Shown here piece by piece: positions 52,214-64,000 of a DNA stretch of 64,000 nucleotides. This DNA comes from Eledone cirrhosa (Eukaryota). The DNA is taken from the NCBI GenBank assembly GCA_964016885.1, contig OZ024741.1:222766001-222830000 (forward strand). The letters are read 5' to 3'. Position 1 is the first letter of the stretch; each line of letters begins with the position of its first letter. Position numbers and translations under genes: made by a program. Below the pieces are notes generated by a model that saw only the letters and a list, made by a program, of their open reading frames with translations, searched no databases and had not been told where the DNA came from.

Positions 52214-53341
52214 TTTACTAACCATTGCTTCGATTCAAGTGCAAGTCACGTAAACAAAACTTAAACTTATTTTCCCCAGGAATGCTTTTGCGGTATTGTC
52301 CGCGGGGCGCAGCCCCTCTACCACCGCGCCCTAGGTCCAGAGCCCAATTATCCCCCCTCCCTTCCTCATTCTTCTGTGACACTAGAGTTTTTCCCATTCC
52401 CTTCCCTTCCTGTTTTTTCTTCCTTTTTCTCCTTTTTCTCTATATTTTCCTATTTGACATTCCATTCTTCTCAATCTAAATTTTCATTTTGTTCTTTTTC
52501 TATTAAACTGTATTTACATGATATATTCCTTGATTTAATTATCCAAGAATAGATAATGTACAGAGAAACTGTAATAGGAAAGTCATAATCAAGTGAGGAA
52601 TGCAAACAAAACAAAGCAGAAAGACCGTTTTTTAATCACAGTCGTAATGATTCCTGTTATCTTAAATTACTCAAAAAATATAATTCAATAACCAAATTTA
52701 CGAATTCATAAGTAGTGGAACACTTTGCAAGTACTTAAAACCTACGGTCTAATAAATGTGTCCGAACACGGAAGAGCCGAACTCCCACTGTCATTGCCTC
52801 TATCTCTCTCGCCCTCCCCATCTCTCTGTTTTATGAGCATATAGAGTATAAACATCAAAATTTCTATATTTTCAGAGCATATCCGAGTTCTTGCAGGCTC
52901 GTATATGTTTCCGCGTAACTCTATAATTGTATATAATTATGAAATATTACAATATATTAAATAAAATTAATTATTTCGCGACTTTTCATATTACAATACA
53001 TAATTACATTATAGATAATCGACGGTCGACCAATCGGCATCGGCTGATAAGACATGGTTGATTAAACGGTAATCGGTTTGGTTACTTATCAATGCATCCC
53101 TTAGGTGTGTGTGGGGGGGGGGGGGGGGCCTGTAACTTTGATAACTTTGATAGGTTTCGGCCAGTATTGGTCCAGGCGATGTCTAACTTAATAGCACCAG
53201 CTGGCGAAATCTTTTAAATCAGGATTTGGACACCATGGCCCATTCAAGTAGAGAGTTATTATTTACGGAGACTTATCCGGGTGTAGGAGGTTTATTCGGG
53301 ATTTCTTGAAGGAATTTGTCCAAAGACATTTTAAATTATAA

Positions 53342-53523
<182 letters not shown>

Positions 53524-54148
53524 ATATATATATTTATGCGTTTATATATATTGTTATAACCTTTTTAGAAATAATAATAAAACACACTCACTGTTTGGTC
53601 TGGATTGGTTTTCGCTTCTGTATCTTTTATATCTCAACAGTTAATCCATCTGGCAATCAATTGTTATCATTGACCAGCAGTTAGAAATACAGATATAAAT
53701 ATATATATATAGTCTATGAAAGTTCTTTCGTCACACATCTGTGACATCATCAGTGATACTATTATGTTTCCTCGCGTTATATTGTAATGTATACGCCATT
53801 TTTATTTTATTTATTTATTTACTCTTGTCTCTGTCTCTGTTTGCGCATGCGTTTGCATGTGTGTTTCCTGTTTGGTGCGTGTGTTCGTGTTTGAGTCTTT
53901 GTGTTTTTGTATTCTATCTTTGTTCACTAGTGTGTGTTTATGTGTGTTTGTTGTTATTGCACTTGTGTATATTTATTTTTTTATTTAGGTCAGTATTGTG
54001 TGTTTGGGTATGGTTGTTGTTATTCCATTCCCTTTTTCTGGTCAACTTTGGTTTTCTTAGTTCTATTTCAGTTGCTTCTCTGATTTGTCTACCTGTTGAG
54101 TCATTTCTATGTTTAGATATTATTTTAATTTATATGTTGTCTATATTT

Positions 54149-54188
<40 letters not shown>

Positions 54189-54292
54189 TCACGACCTCAT
54201 CTAACATCAATATATATACATATATATGTGTGTGTTTGTGAGGGTGAGTCCGCACATTCGCGCGAGCACATACGAACACACACGCACGCACG

Positions 54293-54480
<188 letters not shown>

Positions 54481-54514
54481 AATCAGGAAAGAAGGTTGAC
54501 ATGGTTTGCTATAC

Positions 54515-54577
54515 AAAAAAGGTTTTTAATCTCATAGCTGACAATTGTTTCTCTGAACTGGTAGGTCTAGAAGATCG
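54515..54577 (-). CDS. Candidate exon B (RSSRPTSSEKQLSAMRLKTFF); alternative acceptor gives 54515-54566
   Basis: GAATAG| acceptor; |GTATAG donor-like site at 54509-54514; 63 nt, phase 0 to 0. Confidence 0.3.
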
Positions 54578-55358
54578 CTATTCGCTTATTTTCACGTTAC
54601 TCGATCGCCAATACAAAATTATAACCAGTCAGATCTTCGGAGCATGCGAGAATGAAGAGAATACACAGGCAAGAAAAGAATATACAGGCTACTATATGAA
54701 GTAGTAATGGCATTCAGTTAGAACAATAACAACAATTACAACAATGTTATTAATAAATTATTTGAGGAGACCCTGACATTACTTAGGTGGGGGGGTATAG
54801 TGTATCTAAGATTACGGCGTGTAAAACTAGCTGTCATGAGGCAAAAGTAAGAGTTTGGCATGTACAGAGTATCGAAGTGTGTATCAACGTAACAATCACT
54901 TAGTTTTAGATTTATCAGGGAAATAGTAATCTGATATCTTTCTCCCTGTCTTACACACGGTATTGACGAGATATATCCACGCTGTAGATGGTTTATGATA
55001 GAACAGCAGCTAGCTACCTATCAAACAGTCTCTCAACCAACCTATCCGTTTGTATCTCGATCTATCTGTTTATATATTTTCTGTCAATCTACTTGTTTAT
55101 CAATCTACTGTATCAAACTACCTCCTAACTATCTATCTACCTGATTGACTATCTAGGTACCTTCTTATCAATCTATATGTCTACCTACCAACATACCTGT
55201 ATTTCTAACTGTTTACCTAACTATCTATCTATAACTATCTGTTTATGCAGATTTACCAGTGTATCTATTCTTCGAACAAGAACAATAATAAAAATAACAA
55301 AGCAAAACCCCAATAAGCAGTTCGAAGATTTATATATATATATATAATGAGAGGGAGC

Positions 55359-55572
55359 TATGTAAAATCCTGACCGCGGCGCCAAGTGGTTTCGGCTTGT
55401 GTGTTCAGCAAGCCTTTCCAAGGGTGTAGTAATATGTGTAGGATGTTTAAAAATAGGTCACTAAGCTTAGAAGTACTTTGGTCAAATTTATCGTAGTAGT
55501 AAACTGGCCTTGGTAAGGCTTGTCCAACATACAAGCCGGAACCGCTTGGCTCTGCGGTCGGGATTTTACATA
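55359..55572. mobile_element. Fold-back MITE-like element
   Basis: Inverted arms of about 65 bp, TATGTAAAATCCYGACCGC...; TA at both ends. Confidence 0.75.
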
Positions 55573-55581
55573 TATCTATAC

Positions 55582-55620
55582 CCACTCTGCATCTCTCCAT
55601 CCATTGAGTATTCCCATGAT
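55582..55620 (-). CDS. Candidate exon A (IMGILNGWRDAEW)
   Basis: CCTAAC plus CTCTCTTTCCGGGAG| acceptor; |GTATAG donor-like site at 55576-55581; 39 nt. Confidence 0.3.
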
Positions 55621-55747
55621 CTCCCGGAAAGAGAGAGTTAGGTTGGTAGGTAGGTAGGTAGGTAGGTAGGTAGGTAGGTAGGTAGGTAGGTAGGTAGGTA
55701 GGTAGGTAGACAGGCAGGAAGAGGGACGGGCAAATAGACAGAGAGAC

Positions 55748-55822
<75 letters not shown>

Positions 55823-55823
<1 letters not shown>

Positions 55824-55879
55824 TTCTTTATTAGCCACAGGGGCACAAAAGAAGGGGACAAATACAAAGGGGGAAGTTT
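55823..55879 (-). mobile_element. Tx1 3'-end stub in (GATA)n
   Basis: Nearly identical to 58844-58901. Confidence 0.8.
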
Positions 55880-55900
55880 AAATAGATAGATAGATAGATG

Positions 55901-55931
<31 letters not shown>

Positions 55932-55932
<1 letters not shown>

Positions 55933-58764
55933 TCTTTATTTGCCACAAGGGCGCACAAGAAAAGGGGACAATACAAAGATATGCCGGGGATTTTACATAC
56001 AGTCGTGTAAAAAATATAAAAACAAACAATTACAACAATCGAAATCCCCAATAGGGGGGAGGCGCCACAAATGGGTTGTTTAATACCCCGTCGATAGAAC
56101 AACCCTCAACTGCAGGAGCGTGTTGTGCAAGTGCTCCTTTCTTCCTTTTGCTCTCTTCTTCAACCTACAGGCTTATAAACAGAGAAGGCCCAACCACTCG
56201 GGCCATTTTCGCTTCATTCACCCACCTTTCAGTAAATGTACTAGGGTGCAGTACCTCTCTCTCCTTCTAAAGTGATACTTAAAGAAGGGAATCAATTGTT
56301 GTCCGGAGAGAAAGGCATCTCTCCTCAGTCCTCTCAATCTCGTCCACCATATAACTTCTTCCACCATAGCCACCGTACAGAGGAAAACCGTCTCTCGTTT
56401 TTGAAAGAAGCTGGCGGTTTGATCTTTACTATGGACTCGGCAGTCAACTGGATTTGTCCCATACGCGACAGCAGTTGTTCTGCATAGTTCCACAGGTCGG
56501 TTACGCCCGGGCAGTGTACAATTGCGTGCAGGACTGTTTCAATGTCCTGCGAACATCTTGGACACGTCCTCTTGGAAGGATTCCTGCCGGGGCGTCCGTG
56601 CCTGTAGATCTTGTCACGAACCGGTAGAGCTCCTCGGTAGCACTGCCAGGCCAGGGACCTCTGGCAGTTGTCCATAGGTCCCGGGCGGAAAGTCCTACCA
56701 AACAGACTGGTGAGCTAATCCACTTCGACGCCCAGAGTCTCTCCGAGCACGTCGTCGCCCTTGTAACGTACAATCCCTCTATAGAATGTCGAAGTGGAGT
56801 CTCCACTGATTGCTGCGCCCGCTTGCCAGAGGACTGTGAGCGCCTGAGCGCATTCAATATGCCAGACGCTCATCGTTTTCGGTCTTTTCTTGACCCAGGA
56901 CTGCAGCTCCGTCAGCGAGACGAGCTGTGGAAAAGCCTGTCTCACAAACGGTGTCCACACCGGTTGGGGGTCGGTGAGGAATACCTGGAGATGCCGCAGC
57001 CCTCAGCGCATGTTTGCGCATCATCAGCCATGGCATTCCCAGCCCTCCGTGGGAAGGGTGCTAACAGCAGACGGATCTCCTCACCAGCGGAGCCTGCTTC
57101 TTCCACAGAAACTGGAAGAGCATGCGTTCCATCTTGGCGAGGTGTTCACGGGGACAGGGCACGACAGTCAAGCGGTAGTAGATGACGGATGCTATGAAAA
57201 TACTCGCCACCTCCGCTTGACCTTTCAAGGACAGTTTGCACTCTGCCCATTTCTGGGTGAGTGCAAACACCTTGGCCGTGACCTCGTTCCAGTTTTCTCC
57301 ACCTGGAGGTCTGGACCGAACCAGACCCCGAGCAATTTCACCGGTCCGTCCGTCCAGCGTCCAACGACGCTGTCGGACGTCATCGGTTTGCCTCTCCACG
57401 TACCGAGTTGCAAACCGACAGACTTGACCGGGTTTAGTTTTGCTCCCGTCAGCGTTTCGTATTCTTTCAGTAAGTTGCCGATCACCCCGATTTCCGAGGT
57501 GCTCGACACCATTACCGTCACGTCGTCGGCATAAGCCGACGCCGCTTTGCGCAGTCCCGGTTCTAGAGGGATGCCTGCAACAGCTCCAATTTCCGCAGTA
57601 GTGGCTCTAGAGTCAATACATACAGAATGGAGGAGAGAGGGCACCCCTGTCGAATGGAACGCGTAATTGCGAACGGCTCGATCCATCCTCTGAACACGGG
57701 ACCGTAGAAATGTTGATGTGGCTGTTGTTGTCCACTAGTACCCTCTCCGGAATCTTGGAGATTCTCTTCGGCCTCATTTGTACCAAAACTTCCAAATTTG
57801 TACCAGACCACGTGTGTCTGGTTGATTTTTTGATGGAGAGGATGGTGTCCTCTCCCTCCTCTAAAACTCCTGCCAAAATCCACCAAATTTTGATATTTGG
57901 AGATTTCTATTTTCTGAGTTCTTTTTCCCATGTAAGTAGGGAAAAGGGTTTGGCAGATGTGAACGGAGTCACAGAATATTTTTGTGCGAGGGCCTCGCTT
58001 TTCAGAAGCACCGAAATGATTCCATACTGTCTGGCCCTCTGCATGAAATTTATAACCGACAAAGCCTCCTTCAATACCGCTTCTATTTCCCCTGACTGAG
58101 GAATGCCGGATTCCTTGTAGCATTTGCGACAGTTCTGAAGGTAACAGTCTTTCGGAGAGTTTCAAAGCGGATTTCAGGGGATGAGTTTATTTTTTATTTT
58201 AAACCCACCATTTTCTTCGAAAGCCACAAATGTTTTTCCTTCACTCAGCATTTGGCTAGCATTGGAGATATCTAGGTTTTTAAAATCTTGTTTTTTGTTA
58301 CTGTTTCAGCGAAAGATATTTTTTGGTATTGTTGTTGTTGTTGTTGTGGTTGTCACGTTTTTTGGTTTATGGTTGTGGAAATTGTTTCATTATCTATGTT
58401 TTTTGTTGTGTGTTCTGTGCTGTGTGGTCCATTGTGTGAGTCACTTGTTTCGCCTTCTGTTACTATTTGTAACAGACGGCTTGGAGACGTTAACTGTTGC
58501 CTTTCTCTCTCCACTAGCTTTAGCAGAGACTAGCGTTCGTTCTTCGTTTGCCATTGTTGATAGTAGAATATTTTTTCTTTTTTTCAAAATCTTTTCAAAT
58601 AAAATTTCCGCCCCTGTTGGGCGAAAAATGAGATTCCCGGCTGAATTGTCAGCCGGGAAGTTAATCTACAAAACAATATATTTTTCAACAAAAATTTCGG
58701 TTTTTTGCATGCAAAATTAACAAAAAAAACTTACCAGCGAAGCAGCGCAGGTCAACACTATCAC
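55932..58764 (-). mobile_element. Tx1 element retaining both ends, with a large internal deletion (ORF1 joined to RT at about 57705)
   Basis: 5' UTR and ORF1 (ATG near 58554; WSGTNLEVLVQ..IPE homologous to the 47-kb ORF1) fused to GPVFRGWI..RQGCPLS..YADD..CPRC; both ends in (GATA)n. Confidence 0.85.
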
Positions 58765-58843
<79 letters not shown>

Positions 58844-58844
<1 letters not shown>

Positions 58845-59363
58845 TTCTTTATTAGCCCCAGGGGCACAAAAGAAGGGGACAAATACAAAGGGGGAAGTTT
58901 ACATACAATAAAAACGTGTAAAATGTTATCACAGATGGAATTTAAAAGTTAGTCGATTTTCCCCAATAGAGGGAGACAGTTTATATGGGTAACACATACC
59001 CCCGAAAAAAAATGTGCAACCCTCATCTCCAGGAGTACGAAGAGCTTGTACTCCTTTCCTCTCCTCCTCCTTTTCCTCAACCTACAGGCTGATATAGAGA
59101 GAAGGCCCATTCACTCGGGCCATTCTCGCCACTTTCACCCACCTTTCATAAAACTTGCTGGGGTACAGCACCTCTCTCTCCATCCTGATTCTTCTTCCAA
59201 AGTGGTATTTGAAAAAAAGAATCAGTTGTTGGCCGGAGAGAAAGGTGTCTGACCTCAGCCCTTTCAACCTTGTCCACCATACAACCTCTTTCGCCATAGC
59301 TATCACACGAAGGAAAACCGCCTCTCCTTCGTTTTTGAAGGAGGGTGGCGGTTTGATCATGAC
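58844..59363 (-). mobile_element. 5'-truncated Tx1 (different 3' UTR subfamily) in (GATA)n
   Basis: IKPPPSFKNEGEAVF..AMAKEVVWWTR..RVNGPSLYISL. Confidence 0.88.
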
Positions 59364-59365
59364 AA

Positions 59366-59438
<73 letters not shown>

Positions 59439-59439
<1 letters not shown>

Positions 59440-61625
59440 TTCTTTATTAACCACAAGGGCGCACAAGAAAAAGGGAAAAAACAAACACATGCCGGGGATT
59501 TTACATACAATCGTGTAAAAATATGAAACAAACAAATATAACAATCGAAATCCCTAATAGGGAGGAGGCGCCACAAATGGTTTGTTTAATACCCCGTAGA
59601 TAGAACAACCCTCAGCTTCGGGAGCATGTTGTGCAAGTGCCCCTTTCTTCCTTTTGCTCTCTTCTTCAACCTACAGGTTGATATACAGAGAAGGCCCAGT
59701 CACTCGGGCCATTTTTGCCACATTCACCAATCTTTCAGTTAATTTACTGGGGTGCAGTGCCTCTCTCTCCACTCTGATTCTCCTTCTAAAGTGGTACCTA
59801 AAGAAGGGAATGAATTGTTGTCCGGAGAGCAAGGCATCTGTCCTCAGTCTTCTCAATCTCGTCCACCATATAACCTCTTTTACCATAGCCACTATACAGA
59901 GAAAAACCGCCTCTCTTTCGTTTTTGAAAGAAGATGGCGGTTTGATCCTTACTGTGGACTCGGCAGTCAACTGGATTTGTCCCATACGCGACAGCAGTTG
60001 TTCTGCGTAGTTCCACAGGTCGGTTACGACCGGGCAGTGTACAATTGCATGCAAGACGGTTTCAATGTCCTGCCCGCATCTTGCACACATCCTCTTGGAA
60101 GGATCTCTGCCGGGGCGTCCATGCCTGTAGATCTTGTCACGAACTGGTAGTGCTCCTCGGTAGCACTGCCATGCCAGGGACCTCTGGAAGTTGTCCATAG
60201 GTCCCGGGCGGAAAGTCCTTCCAAACAGACTGGTGAGTTCGTCGTCTTAGACGCCTAGAGTCTCTCCGAGCACGTCGTCGCCCTTGTGACGTACTAACCC
60301 TCTATAGAATGTTGAAGTGGAGTCTCCACTGATCGCCGTGCCTGCTTGACAGAGGACTGTGAGCGCCTGAACGCATTCAATGTGCCAGGCGCCCATCTTC
60401 TTCGGTCTCCGCTTGACCCAGGACTCAAACTCTGTCAGCGAGACAAGTTGCGGGAAGGCCTGTCACACAAACTGTGCCCACATCGGTTGGGGGTCGGTGA
60501 GGAATACCTGTAGATGCCGTAGCCTCAGCGCATGTTTGCGCATCATCAGCCACGGCATTCCCAGCCCTCTGTTGGAAGGGTGCTGACACCATTACTGTCA
60601 CGTCGTCGGCATAAGCCGACGCCGCTTTACGCAGTCCCGGTTACAACGGGATGCCCTGCAGCAGCTCCAACTTCCGCAGTAGTGGCTCTAGAGTCAGTAC
60701 CTACAGGATGGAGGGGAGAGGGCATCCCAGTCGGATGGAACGCGTGATTGCGAACGGCTCCGATAGGTAGCCGTTCACCTTGACCATCGAGCAGATGTTG
60801 GTGTGCATTGCGGCGATCCAGCCTCTGACTACGAGTCCGAAACCGGCCGCCTTGAGAACCGCTTCCAAGTATTGATGGTCGACTCTATCAAATGCCTTAG
60901 ACTGATCTAAATTGATCAGAGCCCCACCGAAGCCAGGTTTACACGCCACCCTCTCTATCATGTATCGCATGAGGTGGAGGTTGTCGTGTATGGACCTGGT
61001 TGGGATTGCACACGTTTGCGCTTTCCCTACCAGGTTCTCGATGACAAGCGCCAGCCTCGTTGCCAACAGCATGGCCAAAATCTTTTACTCTGTATTGAGT
61101 AGAGTTATGGGCCTAAAGTTGCTTAGTTCGTCACCCTTGTTCTCGTCTTTCCTGATCAGCGTTACTACGCCCCTGCCTGCATAACTGGGAATTCTCTCGT
61201 TCTGCTGCCAGTTGCAGTAGACGGCTTCGAGGACGTCAGAAAACAAGTCCGGCATGCCTATGTAGAACTCATAGGGTATACCGGGTGATTTGCGTTTCCC
61301 GCAGCGGCCCAGAGCGTCCCGTATCTCAGTGGCTGTGATCGGTCTTTCGCAGAACTCGGCGTCCATGCTCGAGAGACGCGGCAGGCTGTCGAGGTGTGAA
61401 CCGAAGTCCATTGCCCCGTTCCACGCACCGCCACTCTGCTCGAACAGTTCCGCAAAGTGCCGCTGAAAGGCCGCGCACATCCGCTTGGTGTCAAGTAGCA
61501 CGCGTCTGTTTTGGTCTTTCAAAGACCGAATCGTGGACTTGTTGCCACTTTTCGCCTCTGCCACTCAGGCCCAACTAACATCTTTTGCTCTCTCGTTTCC
61601 GAGAGCACATGATTTACTTCTGACC
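59439..61625 (-). mobile_element. 5'-truncated Tx1 ORF2 with an internal deletion (about 60588) in (GATA)n
   Basis: NFRPITLLN, LDQSKAFDRVDH, YADD, WQCYRGALPV; 3' UTR similar to 55932-56160; a further 3' stub at 61640-61661. Confidence 0.9.
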
Positions 61626-61959
61626 GATAGATAGATATATTTCTTTATTAGCCACAAGGGCTATCTAATCGATAGATAGATAGATAGATAGATATGACAA
61701 AGTCATCGCAATTTCATGGATATATGTTTGATAATGACTAAAGAAACTATAGAGGAAAAGTATAACAACTGATTTAAATATATGTAAAATGAAACGCGAC
61801 GATGGCCGGAGTGAAAAAGGGAGAAGGCCAAGGATATTCGAAGATTCAAGCATTTTACAGAGAATGTTACAATCAAGGAATCATTAAATTATTATTATGT
61901 TTTTTTTTTTACTACAAACGTATGTTTGACGGATACTATGCTAATACACGCACACACTC

Positions 61960-63970
<2,011 letters not shown>

Positions 63971-64000
63971 AATAACTTGTGTGTTACACCTCTATTCTTT

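Noticed and set aside
54539-54668. Plus-strand exon ADNCFSELVGLEDRYSLIFTLLDRQYKIITSQIFGACENEENTQ
   Set aside because: It would need a GC donor, has no partner exons, and overlaps candidate exon B. It is not fully excluded.

Overview
This is AT-rich, microsatellite-dense animal genomic DNA, almost all intronic or intergenic. The tRNA-derived SINE families suggest a coleoid cephalopod such as Octopus, but that is inference. Nearly all long ORFs in the track are simple-repeat artefacts. Supported elements: a full-length but disrupted Tx1/L1-clade LINE (42.8-48.6 kb), a head-to-tail stack of Tx1 copies in (GATA)n (55.8-61.7 kb), R4/Dong-like RLE LINE fragments in (TACA)n and (TAA)n, RTE fragments and bipartite RTE derivatives, Helitron pieces, mariner/pogo/hAT MITEs, many SINEs, and about 13 minimal type-I hammerhead ribozyme motifs, mostly in inverted Penelope-like repeats. 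The most unexpected signal is six small unique-sequence islands on the minus strand (55.6, 54.5, 38.1, 30.4, 15.3 and 2.9 kb). Each ends in the same atypical donor-like hexamer GTATAG, and they can be joined into one open frame. This is a candidate host gene with a non-standard 5' splice-site class; it is a hypothesis that needs RNA data. Microsatellite-specific retrotransposon targeting and the ribozyme arrays are the other main leads.
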